A DNA stretch of 56,853 nt from Verrucomicrobiia bacterium (GCA_030425355.1 JAUIAG010000002.1:1-56853), one strand, 5' to 3'. Positions 18,845 through 29,210 are shown, counted from the stretch's first letter. Numbers and translations are program-made. The notes: a model not told the origin generated them from the letters alone.

Positions 18845-19933
18845 ATGACTGACATGGAGGGACATTTGCGAAGCATTTTCAACGCACCGGCGATCGCGTT
18901 GCTCTTACTGACACTGACAGCTTCTTCCCGCGGCAGCGCCGCCGAACTGCAGCGATTCGACAATCTGATCCAGCTGCTTGAGAAGAACCTCTACCAGTTT
19001 GACAAGGAAGCAGTGGACAGAGCAGCCGTCAACGGCCTCCTCGCAGAGCTGGACGGTCAGGTCGTGGTGCTTCAGGCGCCGGGCGGTGACACCGGAACCG
19101 GAGCAGGTGACTCCGTTCCGTCACTCCGGAAAAGCAGCCTCCTCGAAGACTCTTTTGTCTACCTGCAGCTTGATTCCATCGAAGCCGGCACCGATCAGGA
19201 AATCCGTCAGGCCCTGACCGAGGCCATGGAGGAAACCCCGGAGACATCCGGTATCATCCTCGATCTCCGCTTCGCGGAGGGCAGAGCCTATGAATCCGTT
19301 CCCTCAGTCATCGGCCTTTTTCACAAGGATCCCAGCCCGCTCTTCAGTATGAAGGGGGAGAATTACAGCAGCCGCCCCTCCGGGGAGACGGTGGATATGC
19401 CGATGGCCATCCTCGTCAATACGGAGACATCGCGGGCTGCCGAGCTGGCGGCCGCCTCGTTCAAGCAGATTCGCAAGGCGATTGTCATCGGTCAGAAGTC
19501 CAGCGGCCAGACCTTCTATTTTGAACAGTTCAATCTGGAAGGCGGCGGCACGATTGAAGTTGCCCGAAGCCCGGTGAACATGGCGGACGGCACACCCCTT
19601 TCCCAGCGCGGCGTCGAGCCGGACATCGCGATCGACGCGCCACTGGACATCCAGCGCAAGTATCTGGACGACCCGTACTACCGCGACCCGGAACAGGAGG
19701 CCCCCGGGAGGTCAATGACGGAAGCGGACCTCATCCGCCTTAAAAATCAGCAGATAGCCCGCGAGGCCGGAGAATTCGAGAAGCTTCAGGAACCCGGCGG
19801 GGAAGCAATGGACCAGGAAGATGACCCTGGCACCGCCCGCAAAACTCCATCCGCCATCACCGACCCCATCCTCGCCCGCGGAATCGACTTCCTCAAGGGA
19901 GTCCGGTTCCTCCGGCAACTGAAAGGACGCTGA
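18845..19933 (+). CDS. S41 (C-terminal processing peptidase)-like exported protein, catalytic dyad apparently degenerate
   Basis: Signal peptide. S41 scaffold blocks GIILDLRFAEGR, AILVNTETSRAAELAA, AIVIGQKSSGQT and RGVEPDIAI. Confidence 0.65.
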   Translation: MTDMEGHLRSIFNAPAIALLLLTLTASSRGSAAELQRFDNLIQLLEKNLYQFDKEAVDRAAVNGLLAELDGQVVVLQAPGGDTGTGAGDSVPSLRKSSLLEDSFVYLQLDSIEAGTDQEIRQALTEAMEETPETSGIILDLRFAEGRAYESVPSVIGLFHKDPSPLFSMKGENYSSRPSGETVDMPMAILVNTETSRAAELAAASFKQIRKAIVIGQKSSGQTFYFEQFNLEGGGTIEVARSPVNMADGTPLSQRGVEPDIAIDAPLDIQRKYLDDPYYRDPEQEAPGRSMTEADLIRLKNQQIAREAGEFEKLQEPGGEAMDQEDDPGTARKTPSAITDPILARGIDFLKGVRFLRQLKGR

Positions 19934-20079
19934 TTCCGTATCAGCCTCCCAGGCACTCCAGTAACCCGCCCCCCGGAAGAAACACGGCAAATGAGGTGTC
20001 CAATATTTGATGTTTGACCCGATCCGGGTTTGTATCATCCAATAGGAAGTCCGTGTGAGTCGGGTCGACGCTGCTCAAT

Positions 20080-22224
20080 ATGAAAACAATTTTATTTGTG
20101 TGTACCGGAAATGTCTGCCGCAGTCCGATGGCAGAGGGATTGTTCAAGAGGGCCATCGCCGACCTCTCCTCAGGTGAATACAGGGTCCTTTCCGCCGGCA
20201 TCGATGCTCTGGATGGCCAGCCCCCTTCCCTCAACGCGGTGGAAGCCACCCGTGAGCTGGACGTCGACATCACCAGTCAGCGCAGCGCCCGCCTCACGCC
20301 CCAGATGGTCCGTGAGGCCGATCTCATCTTCGGGATGACCATGAATCATGTCATGGCCGTCACTCATTTTTTCCCGGAAGCCGCCAACCGCACTTTCCTC
20401 GTGCGGGAATTTGACCAGACCATCCCGGCTTCCGAAAAAGAAATCGCAGACCCCATAGGCGGATCCCTGGAAATCTACCGCCTGTGCCGGGACCAGATAA
20501 ACCAGGGAATCCATTCAATCATTCAAGAACTACAATCATCCTTCTCGATGCAGGAAGCGCCTTCCAACAAAATTGCCATAGGTTCGGATCACGCCGGATT
20601 TAACCTCAAGGAAACCATCAAAAAGCACCTCGCGAAGGCGGGGATGGACATCATCGATGCCGGAACCGGCTCCAGTGAGTCCACCGACTATCCGGATTAT
20701 GCAGCGACTGTCACCCGCCTGATCCGCGACCGCGAGGTCAGCCGGGGGATCCTGGTCTGCAGCTCCGGGATTGGCATGTGCATGGCCGCCAACAAGGCGC
20801 CGGGGATCCGCGCCGCCCTGCCCGTCAATGCTGAAGCGGCGGCTCTGTCGCGCCAGCACAATGACGCCAATGTACTGTGCATCGGCCAGAAGTTCACACC
20901 GGAGGCCGATGCCCTCCAGATGGTCAACGCCTTCCTCAGCTCCGAATTCGAGGGCGACCGCCATTCCCGCCGCATCAGAAAGTTCGGTGATGCGGTCATC
21001 GCCGCTGCCGACCCGGACATGGCGGTTCTCATTGAAAAGGAACGCCTGCGCCAGCAGCATCATATCGAACTGATTGCCAGTGAGAACTTCACCAGCCCCG
21101 CGGTCATGGCGGCTCAGGGATCAGTCCTCACCAACAAATACGCCGAGGGCTATCCCGGCAAGCGCTGGTACGGTGGCTGTGAATTCATCGACGAGATTGA
21201 GACCCTGGCAATCGAACGGGCCAAAGCCCTCTTCGGTGCCGAACACGCCAACGTGCAGCCCCACTCGGGAAGCTCCGCCAATATGGCGGTTTACTTCGCC
21301 TTCCTGAAACCCGGTGACCGTATCCTCACCATGGACCTTTCCCATGGCGGACACCTCACCCACGGCAACGCCGCCAACTTCTCCGGGATTTTCTACGACG
21401 TCATCCACTATGGCGTGCGCAAAGAGGATGAACGCATCGACTACGATCAGCTTGCCGCCATGGCCCGGGAGCACAAACCGAAGATGATCACTGTCGGTGC
21501 CAGCGCCTACCCGAGACAGATCGACTTTGCCCGCATGGGTGAAATTGCCCGCGAAATCGGTGCCCTGCTCCTCGCCGATATCGCCCACATCGCCGGACTG
21601 GTGGCGGCGGGGGAACACCCGTCGCCGATTGAACATGCCGACTTCGTCACCACCACCACCCACAAGACCCTCCGCGGTCCGCGTGGCGGACTCATCCTCT
21701 GCAAGGCGGAACACGCCAAGGCGATTGACTCCAAGGTCTTCCCGGGGATTCAGGGCGGCCCTCTCGAACACGTGATTGCCGCCAAGGCAATCTGTTTCCT
21801 CGAAGCAACCGGCCCGGAATTCAAGGAATACCAGTCGCAGGTCCGCAGGAATGCCGCAGCACTTGCTGACGGGCTGTCCCGCAACGGATTCAGACTGGTC
21901 AGCGGCGGCACTGACAACCACCTGCTGCTCGTCGATGTTCACGAGAAGGGCCTCACCGGCAAAGACTGTCAGATCGCTCTCGACCAGGCCGGCATTACCC
22001 TCAACAAGAACACCATCCCCTTTGAGACCCTTTCACCCTTCAAGGCCAGCGGCATCCGCATAGGCTCACCCGCCGTCACCACCCGCGGCATGAAGGAACA
22101 CGAAATGCTGGCGATCGCCGACATGATCTCCGAAGTCCTCGCCGATATCAAAAACACTGAAACCCAGACAAGAGTCCTCCAGCGGGTGCACGAGCTGACC
22201 AGCAAATTCCCATTACCCTATTGA
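20080..22224 (+). CDS. glyA: Triple-domain fusion: LMW protein phosphatase (YwlE-like) + ribose-5-phosphate isomerase B + serine hydroxymethyltransferase
   Basis: One uninterrupted 714-codon frame. [17 protein letters not shown] at residues 1-150. [23 protein letters not shown] and GDRHSRRI at about 164-303. [26 protein letters not shown] and [11 protein letters not shown] at about 305-714. Confidence 0.85.
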   Translation: MKTILFVCTGNVCRSPMAEGLFKRAIADLSSGEYRVLSAGIDALDGQPPSLNAVEATRELDVDITSQRSARLTPQMVREADLIFGMTMNHVMAVTHFFPEAANRTFLVREFDQTIPASEKEIADPIGGSLEIYRLCRDQINQGIHSIIQELQSSFSMQEAPSNKIAIGSDHAGFNLKETIKKHLAKAGMDIIDAGTGSSESTDYPDYAATVTRLIRDREVSRGILVCSSGIGMCMAANKAPGIRAALPVNAEAAALSRQHNDANVLCIGQKFTPEADALQMVNAFLSSEFEGDRHSRRIRKFGDAVIAAADPDMAVLIEKERLRQQHHIELIASENFTSPAVMAAQGSVLTNKYAEGYPGKRWYGGCEFIDEIETLAIERAKALFGAEHANVQPHSGSSANMAVYFAFLKPGDRILTMDLSHGGHLTHGNAANFSGIFYDVIHYGVRKEDERIDYDQLAAMAREHKPKMITVGASAYPRQIDFARMGEIAREIGALLLADIAHIAGLVAAGEHPSPIEHADFVTTTTHKTLRGPRGGLILCKAEHAKAIDSKVFPGIQGGPLEHVIAAKAICFLEATGPEFKEYQSQVRRNAAALADGLSRNGFRLVSGGTDNHLLLVDVHEKGLTGKDCQIALDQAGITLNKNTIPFETLSPFKASGIRIGSPAVTTRGMKEHEMLAIADMISEVLADIKNTETQTRVLQRVHELTSKFPLPY

Positions 22225-22252
22225 CATCTGATCGAGGATTGCCGATAAACCA

Positions 22253-22272
22253 GTTGGAACAGCCGTTCCAAC
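22253..22272 (+). promoter_or_regulatory. 8-bp perfect hairpin in the glyA-rho intergenic region / rho leader
   Basis: GTTGGAAC-AGCC-GTTCCAAC with no clear U-tract downstream. Confidence 0.3.
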
Positions 22273-22347
22273 CACTCACTTGTTTGCAAGGTTTCCCACT
22301 GTACTGAGTGATTCCTCTGCTCCCTGTGCATTTATTCATACCCAAAC

Positions 22348-23988
22348 ATGCCTAAAACCACGACCAAGACAGTTAAGAGAAAAACTGTTACCAAAAAGTC
22401 TGCAGCTAAAATCAAGAATGAGGAAGAGATAGCGGAGCTTCCACTGGAAGGAGTAGAGGAAGCGGATTCCGAAGCAAAGAGCACCCGTACCCGGACGACC
22501 AAAAAGGCGACCCGGAAAAAGTCCGCCCGGAAAACACGGGCCGGCTCAGATGATTCCATCAATGCAGACGATGAGTCGGCGGATGAGGCCGGAGGCATCG
22601 TGGACGGCCCGACTGACATTCCTCCCGGCGTCACCGCCGAAACCAGGGTGAATCCCGAGGAACTGCCATCCGATGACCCGGAGGAGGTGGAGATCAGTCA
22701 GCAGATGGAGCCCACCGATCTGGGCGACCCGAGAACAGTCAATATCTCGGCGCTCCAGAGCATGGCCATCAATGAACTGAATGACATCGCCAAGGACCTC
22801 GGGATCCAGAACTTCGGCACCATGAAAAAGCATGAAGTGATCTTTGCGATCCTTCAGAAAAATGCCGAACGCAAGGGGACACTGTTTGCAGAGGGTGTTC
22901 TCGAAATTCTCCCGGAAGGATTCGGGTTCCTCAGATCACAGAGCTTCAACTACCTCCCCTGCCCGGAAGACGTCTACGTTTCCCCGTCACAGATCCGTCG
23001 TTTTGACCTGCAGACCGGCGACCTGATTGCCGGGCAGATCCGTCCACCGAAGGAAAAGGAACGCTTCTTTGCCCTGCTCAAGGTCGAGGCGGTCGACAAG
23101 GAGGACCCGGAAAAGGCCAAGGACAAAACGCATTTTGATAACCTCACGCCGCTGTTTCCCAATGAGCGTTTCATCCTGGAAACCAGCCCCGAGGATCTTT
23201 CCGCCCGGGTGCTTGACCTTGTCTCACCTATCGGAAAGGGAACCCGCGGACTCATCGTCGCCCCGCCCCGAACCGGGAAAACGGTGCTGATGCAGAATCT
23301 CGCCAACTCCATCCTCAGGAACAGCCCCGAGTGCTACCTCTTTATCCTTCTGATTGACGAGCGTCCGGAGGAAGTAACCGACATGGAGCGCACCTGTAAG
23401 CCCGCCGAAGTGGTCAGCTCCACCTTTGACGAACCGCCGGAACGCCACATCCAGGTCGCCGAAATGGTCATCGAAAAGGCCAAGCGAATGGTCGAACACA
23501 AGAAGGATGTGGTGATCCTCCTGGATTCCATCACCCGACTGGCCCGCGCCTACAACACCGTCCAGCCGCACTCCGGAAAAATCCTCTCCGGCGGTGTGGA
23601 TGCCAATGCACTTCACAAGCCCAAACGGTTCTTCGGTGCCGCCCGAAACATCGAGGAAGGCGGGTCCCTCACCATCATCGCCACAGCCCTGATTGATACC
23701 GGATCAAGGATGGATGAGGTTATTTTCGAGGAGTTCAAGGGCACCGGTAACATGGAAGTCCACCTCGACCGCTCTCTGGTCGACCGCCGAATCTTCCCCT
23801 CCATCAATATCGAACACTCCGGAACCCGTAAGGAGGAACTGCTCTACCATCCGCAGGAATACGACAAGGTCGTCGTCCTCCGCAGAGCACTCACCGGAGT
23901 CCCCGCCGTCGAATCGATGGAACTCCTGCTCAACAAACTCAAGAAAACAAAAAACAATATCGAGTTCCTCCTCAGCCTCGGAAAATAA
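22348..23988 (+). CDS. rho: Transcription termination factor Rho with a long charged N-terminal extension
   Basis: C-terminal RecA-like core ([17 protein letters not shown] and the Walker B-like block [11 protein letters not shown]) and an RNA-binding domain. The first roughly 120 residues are K/R/E/D/T-rich low complexity. Confidence 0.95.
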   Translation: MPKTTTKTVKRKTVTKKSAAKIKNEEEIAELPLEGVEEADSEAKSTRTRTTKKATRKKSARKTRAGSDDSINADDESADEAGGIVDGPTDIPPGVTAETRVNPEELPSDDPEEVEISQQMEPTDLGDPRTVNISALQSMAINELNDIAKDLGIQNFGTMKKHEVIFAILQKNAERKGTLFAEGVLEILPEGFGFLRSQSFNYLPCPEDVYVSPSQIRRFDLQTGDLIAGQIRPPKEKERFFALLKVEAVDKEDPEKAKDKTHFDNLTPLFPNERFILETSPEDLSARVLDLVSPIGKGTRGLIVAPPRTGKTVLMQNLANSILRNSPECYLFILLIDERPEEVTDMERTCKPAEVVSSTFDEPPERHIQVAEMVIEKAKRMVEHKKDVVILLDSITRLARAYNTVQPHSGKILSGGVDANALHKPKRFFGAARNIEEGGSLTIIATALIDTGSRMDEVIFEEFKGTGNMEVHLDRSLVDRRIFPSINIEHSGTRKEELLYHPQEYDKVVVLRRALTGVPAVESMELLLNKLKKTKNNIEFLLSLGK

Positions 23989-24037
23989 TTGTATTTCCAG
24001 GGAGAGTGACTCTCCACACCCATTTTCCACGCATCAC

Positions 24038-24068
24038 GCCGGTGTCGCCATTCGACACCGGCTTTTTT
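24038..24068 (+). terminator. Rho-independent terminator after rho
   Basis: 10-bp stem GCCGGTGTCG/CGACACCGGC with a 5-nt loop, followed by TTTTTT. Confidence 0.75.
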
Positions 24069-24577
24069 ATTCGCCTCTTATGGCAGGATCCACACCTCCC
24101 CTCCCGCAATACGTGAAGACAAACACTTCCTTACATTTCTAAAAAATTCAATTCTGTATATACTTTGCCGTGCTCATATCCTTCATCCATCTTCAGGAAT
24201 GAATGAACCCGAAAACATTCCGATACCCGATAAAATCAATCACGATTCTGAAGATTCCGGGTTCGATTTCCAAGAGGACAAATCCTGATCACGATAGTGA
24301 AACTCCTCAACGAATGGAAGATACACAGCTCAGTGCAGCCTTGTTTTCAACCGTCGTCATTCCATCAATGGGCACAAATTCATCAGAATTCCAATCGGGT
24401 GCGACAATGACATCCAACACATCCGTAAGTTTTACCGGAAAAGCGGGAGTTACCGGAAGACCCTGTTCTCCGGAGATGTCAGCGAAAAGGCCGATGCCTT
24501 ACACAATTATAGTTTCCGGCCCGGCCTGGTCCTTTGGAGCTTGAGAAAAACTGCTGATCGAGAGTAGTATAAGCAGT

Positions 24578-26296
24578 ATGAATGTCGGGAATGGATCGAA
24601 TCCACATGACACGGCCGTAAAATGGGCATGGCAGGGAATCGGCAAACAGTTTCATTATTGGGTTCTCTTTCTGTTGTTTTCTCTGAGCTGTCTCCTTGCA
24701 GGAAGAACTCTGGCGGTTGAAATTGAATACAGTGGCGCCCTGCTGAATTTGACCGATCTCAGCGGTTCATTTCCGATTGGCAGTCCATTCACACTGTCCA
24801 TGGATGTGGATGAGATGGTGGCGGATACTTCTGAAGAAGCTGATCGCGGTTTTTATCCCGGGTGTATCCGGGCAGTGGAGTTGAGCCTTGCGGATAGTGG
24901 ATTCTCACTGGCGGGGTCGCCCGGAGAACAAAATGAATGGGAAATTCGTCCCGGTGCATCCCTCGGGGAACCCGCCTCAAGGGCATTCTGCCCCATCACC
25001 GACGGCGACGGGCGGATGCTTGAGATAGAGGTCCGGGCCTATCCCAAGGCCGGGCAGCCGCTGGGGACCAAAGCACTGACGGGCGGGTTTGAGGAAGGGA
25101 ATTTCCGACTTGTCGAAGTGATTGTCTATGAAGTGAAAACTGATCCCGTTCTGAGGGCCACCTACAGGGTTACTTACGGTTTCGGGTGGGTTATGGCAAA
25201 TGCTCCAGGCCGGTCAGCAACAGGGCCGGAGCCCCTGGCATCTGATGGCGTGGGATTTGAATTCATGGCTGTCCTCGGAGACTCCTTGTCGGCTTCGCGA
25301 CAGGAGAGGAATTCCACGACCAGGTCTCCTGACTACTTCAATGGTGGCTATACCAACGGTCCGGTATGGGTCCAGTTTCTTTCGTGGGCCCTTGGAATTC
25401 CATACCGGGAGTCTTTGAACTCCTCTTTGTTTCTGGAGTATTCCCTCCCGGTGGATGAAGCCATGGAAACGGTTTCAGGCCTGAATGGACTGGCGGTATT
25501 CTGGGACAACGGATCATTTTATGCGCCAATCATCCTTCTGGCCTTTGGTCTTGATGATCCGGACCTGTTTGAGTCGATTCACGCCGTTGTGCAGCTGAAA
25601 GCCCTGCGGGCACTGGAATGGGCCCACGCCAGCGGCATCGCGGATATTCTTATACTCAAGGGAGCGGATATCAGCTTTGCCCCTGGAATTGTCGACCTCT
25701 TAAGCGAGGAAAACCGGAGCAAGCTGAATGAAACCACCAGCACCAGTAATGAACTCCTCGAACAGTATCTTCAGGAATATGTGCCCGTCCTTCTTCCGGG
25801 CATGCGCATGACAGTTCTCGATCCGAATGAGTATCTCCAGCCCATCCTCAACGATCCCTCTGCCTTTGGGTTTTCGACTGTGAGCGATGTCTACCTGATG
25901 GATCATGAACGCCCTTACGATCAGGCATTTGGTGTTCCGGGTACCGACTATTTCTTCTGGGACAGCCTTGCACCATCCTCAAAAGTTCATTCCCATCTGG
26001 CCCACTTCGTGATGGGAGACGCATTTCCGGACCATCCCTACCACCAGCAGGGGCTGCGGATCAGTGTCCCTATGATAATGGATGAACCTGATGCCGGGAC
26101 AACTCTCTGGCTCTACGGGGCCAATGCACCAATTGATTCACCCCTTCGGCTCCTTCGCACACCTTCCATCGGCTCACAACCCGCCGACGCGGAACAGGAG
26201 AACCTGAGCACTTTCAATAACACTTCTCCGATGATTTTTCTTCAGGCTCCTGTTCCAGAAGAATACTCGTCCGCGTTTTTTCATATTTCAGATTGA
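24578..26296 (+). CDS. Exported GDSL/SGNH-like protein with an N-terminal extra domain (block V His absent)
   Basis: N-terminal TM/signal segment. Block I VLGDSLS, block II GGYTNGPVWVQFLSWALGI, and block V-like YFFWDSLAPS. Confidence 0.6.
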   Translation: MNVGNGSNPHDTAVKWAWQGIGKQFHYWVLFLLFSLSCLLAGRTLAVEIEYSGALLNLTDLSGSFPIGSPFTLSMDVDEMVADTSEEADRGFYPGCIRAVELSLADSGFSLAGSPGEQNEWEIRPGASLGEPASRAFCPITDGDGRMLEIEVRAYPKAGQPLGTKALTGGFEEGNFRLVEVIVYEVKTDPVLRATYRVTYGFGWVMANAPGRSATGPEPLASDGVGFEFMAVLGDSLSASRQERNSTTRSPDYFNGGYTNGPVWVQFLSWALGIPYRESLNSSLFLEYSLPVDEAMETVSGLNGLAVFWDNGSFYAPIILLAFGLDDPDLFESIHAVVQLKALRALEWAHASGIADILILKGADISFAPGIVDLLSEENRSKLNETTSTSNELLEQYLQEYVPVLLPGMRMTVLDPNEYLQPILNDPSAFGFSTVSDVYLMDHERPYDQAFGVPGTDYFFWDSLAPSSKVHSHLAHFVMGDAFPDHPYHQQGLRISVPMIMDEPDAGTTLWLYGANAPIDSPLRLLRTPSIGSQPADAEQENLSTFNNTSPMIFLQAPVPEEYSSAFFHISD

Positions 26297-26314
26297 GAAA
26301 TGTATGAATGAATC

Positions 26315-27799
26315 TCACGGCGTCACCATAACCGGGCCGGGGTGATTCACAGTGGTGGCATTGCGCGATGCACCGGCGAATTCACCGCGCTTGAAATCCG
26401 GAAAGTGCCGGTTTTCATGGATGGGCTGCCGGTCCGGTGTCGGACTGACCGGAACACTGTCGCCGGTTTCATCCACCCACTGACTGAGAAGGTTCCTGAG
26501 GCGGGTCAGTTCGGCGGCAAAGGCGGGATCACCCGCCAGGTTGAAAAACTGATATGGATCCTGCCGCACATGGAAAAGCATTTCCTCCGGCTGAGGAGCC
26601 ACGGTGAGCAGCGCCTGTGCCGGGGTCAGCCGCCCCTCTCCGGCAGCCTCCCAAAGTTCGCGCACCCATCCGTATTTGTAATTTGAAGATTCGCCACAGA
26701 GATTATGGCGTTCGGGCCATGCATTCCAGATGTAGAGCCAGTCTCCAGTGCGGACAGCTCTCGCGTGATTCTGGAACACATGCCAGTTGCGTTCCGCGAA
26801 GGCCACCGTCCGGGTTACTGCCTGATGATTCCCCAGAACCTCCCGGAAGCTCACACCCTGTATGGATTCGGGTTTATCAATACCGGCGAGATCCAGAATC
26901 GTCGCCGGGAAATCAATACTGGAAACAATGGAGGAAGTCCGACCGGCCCTGACGAACGGACCGGCGATGATCAGCGGCGTGCGGATTCCGCTGTCATACA
27001 GATAGGTCTTGCACCGGGGAAAAGGCCGACCGTTGTCGGAACAGTATATAAAGTATGTCTGGCTGCGGATCCCCTGCCCTTCGAGTTCTTCAAGTATCCT
27101 GCCCGCGTAATAATCCGTACGGCTGACCTCGTGGAAATACCCTGCCAGTGCCTCCCGGGTCAGCGGGCCATCGGCCAGCATCGGCGGAACCTCGACCTCG
27201 GAAGGGTCATAGACCGGAGCGAGGTCATTGATCTGGAAGGAATAATGCGCGTCGTGGGAAGCGAACCACATGAAAAAGGGCCGGTCCGCCGGTCTTTCTT
27301 TGAGATGCTTCACCCACTTTTCGCTGCCGGATGGCCCACTTCCGGATGATTCCACGAAGCCAAGCCGTTCGGCCGGCCCCATGTGATTCTTGCCCGAGAG
27401 CACAGTGTGATATCCGCTGTCTTTCAGAAGAGAAACAAATGTCAACTGATCCTCCGGAAGGGTGGTATGCAACTCGGGCGCGCCGGTATTGTGCGGATAC
27501 CGACCGGTGATAATCGAGCAGCGGCTCGGAGAGCAGGATGATATGGTCAGGTAGGCATTTTCGAATACCAGCGCCTCCGATGCCAGGTCATCCAGGTTCG
27601 GAGTGCTCACCCGTGTGTTTCCATACGGACCCAAGTCATCCGGGGAAATGTCATCGGTGATGAAGAAAACGAAATTCGGGCGTGCCGGTTTCGATGGGTG
27701 AGGATCAGGAGCCGCTGCCAGGTCACTGGTCCCCACAATAAAAGCCATGCCAGTCAGGGCTGAGAGCGCCGCCTTCTTCAGGATTGCCGGAGGGTTCAT
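26315..27799 (-). CDS. Arylsulfatase-family sulfatase (formylglycine-dependent)
   Basis: Signal peptide, PNFVFFITDD, and SSCSPSRCSIITGRYPHNTG (C-x-P-x-R motif). Confidence 0.9.
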   Translation of the reverse strand: MNPPAILKKAALSALTGMAFIVGTSDLAAAPDPHPSKPARPNFVFFITDDISPDDLGPYGNTRVSTPNLDDLASEALVFENAYLTISSCSPSRCSIITGRYPHNTGAPELHTTLPEDQLTFVSLLKDSGYHTVLSGKNHMGPAERLGFVESSGSGPSGSEKWVKHLKERPADRPFFMWFASHDAHYSFQINDLAPVYDPSEVEVPPMLADGPLTREALAGYFHEVSRTDYYAGRILEELEGQGIRSQTYFIYCSDNGRPFPRCKTYLYDSGIRTPLIIAGPFVRAGRTSSIVSSIDFPATILDLAGIDKPESIQGVSFREVLGNHQAVTRTVAFAERNWHVFQNHARAVRTGDWLYIWNAWPERHNLCGESSNYKYGWVRELWEAAGEGRLTPAQALLTVAPQPEEMLFHVRQDPYQFFNLAGDPAFAAELTRLRNLLSQWVDETGDSVPVSPTPDRQPIHENRHFPDFKRGEFAGASRNATTVNHPGPVMVTP

Positions 27800-27843
27800 A
27801 TTTCCATCATGAGTGGTGCAGGATGGAATGCCAAGGGATCATT

Positions 27844-28833
27844 TCAGCGAACGCTCTGGCTACTGACGTCCCCGCTGTTCTGACCTCCATTCGAAGCAAC
27901 GACGAGCGCGTTGAACCGCATCAGTGGTGTGGTGACTCCGATGCGGCCGGACTGCACGTCCTCATAGAGCTGGACCAGGCGTTTGGCGAAGGGCTGTGCT
28001 GAAGCGTGTTTCCTGAGGACCACTAATGCCGCTTCATTTCCCTGGAGCGCGAGGTTGCCCAGCGCCTGGCCCGCCATTGACCTCATACCATTTGATTTGT
28101 GATTTATCAGCCCCTCAAGAGTGTCCACCAATTCATTATGATTGACTGCTGTGTCAAAAAAACTGATGCAGGTCAGAACTGAATGGAGCTGAATTTCATC
28201 AGACTCCTCGCGGAGCAGCCGGATAAAGAAATCCGTCATCACGGACTCAAGATCCCCAGTCATGGCGTTGTGCAGAGAGACGATGACCTGCCGGCGGGAA
28301 ATACTTGAAAGTGAATCGAACTCACCGATCAACGCATTGGCCCCTTCTGGACCGATGGCACACAATGACTGGGCCGCATGGACAAGATTCTGTGGATCAT
28401 GCAGCAATTCGAGGAGCCGCGGTATAGCCGGTATGGCATCCGGTCCCAATGCCTTGAATCCAAGGATGCTTTTCATGGGCGTGTAGCCCATCATTTCCCC
28501 GGTCCTGTGGGTGCCAAACAGGAGCAGCACGCGCTTCCGAATATCGGTAACAGGAACCTTCAACCTGTTCAGAAGTGCCGGCAGAGCCTCTTCTCCAATG
28601 GCCTGAATCGCCTCCACCGCATCCGGGGAGAGCTCGTGGCGCTCAAGAAATCGAAAGGGGGAAGCAGAAAATGGCTTTGTCTCCACCCGCTGGTTGAGCC
28701 AGTACCTGAGCGGCTTTCCCTGACTCGTGGGTTCAGATCCGGTGAACTTCGTTACAAAAACGAAGACCATCACGCCCGCCAGGGCCAGCATGACAGCGAG
28801 CCCTGAAAGCACCTTTGGCCATCTCTTTTTCAT
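27844..28833 (-). CDS. Membrane-anchored HEAT/armadillo-repeat protein
   Basis: N-terminal TM followed by repeated helical units (EALPALLNRL, AIPAIPRLLELLHD, and others). Lies directly upstream of the sulfatase on the same strand. Confidence 0.55.
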   Translation of the reverse strand: MKKRWPKVLSGLAVMLALAGVMVFVFVTKFTGSEPTSQGKPLRYWLNQRVETKPFSASPFRFLERHELSPDAVEAIQAIGEEALPALLNRLKVPVTDIRKRVLLLFGTHRTGEMMGYTPMKSILGFKALGPDAIPAIPRLLELLHDPQNLVHAAQSLCAIGPEGANALIGEFDSLSSISRRQVIVSLHNAMTGDLESVMTDFFIRLLREESDEIQLHSVLTCISFFDTAVNHNELVDTLEGLINHKSNGMRSMAGQALGNLALQGNEAALVVLRKHASAQPFAKRLVQLYEDVQSGRIGVTTPLMRFNALVVASNGGQNSGDVSSQSVR

Positions 28834-29210
28834 AAACTGTTTCTTCCTCCCTGTACATTGCTGCCGGCTAGTGCCATGTGTGCGATCGGCTGGCGACAGT
28901 AGCTGACGGATACAAATGTACCAATCCGGCGACGGACGGTTTTTCTGAACAGGTGGCTGAATGTAGTCCGGAACTCTGCCCGGGTCAATGCATTGAAGGA
29001 ATGCAGGGCTGTTGCGTGTTGCCCCATTTCAAGTGCACACGGAAGCGAAGAGAGAAAGAGGGCACTGAGTCTCCCGCTGCCTCATAAATGAGAACACCAT
29101 GGACGGCCATGGCAATCAATGCCACGGGATCAAATTGCTTTACTTCCGGGCGTCCTCATGGGACGTTCTGAAGATTAACCACATTTTTTTGTAACAATCA
29201 GGTGACAACC

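Noticed and set aside
24310-24498. 63-codon stop-to-stop minus frame reading ...ADISGEQGLPVTPAFPVKLTDVLDVIVAPDWNSDEFVPIDGMTTVENKAALSCVSSIR
   Set aside because: The translation looks protein-like, but there is no ATG/GTG/TTG near its 5-prime end and no recognisable family. At best it is a gene remnant, and I cannot support it as a feature.
24203-24544. 113-aa plus-strand ORF in the AT-richer gap after rho
   Set aside because: It has no RBS, no recognisable domain and an odd composition. It is more likely non-coding spacer.
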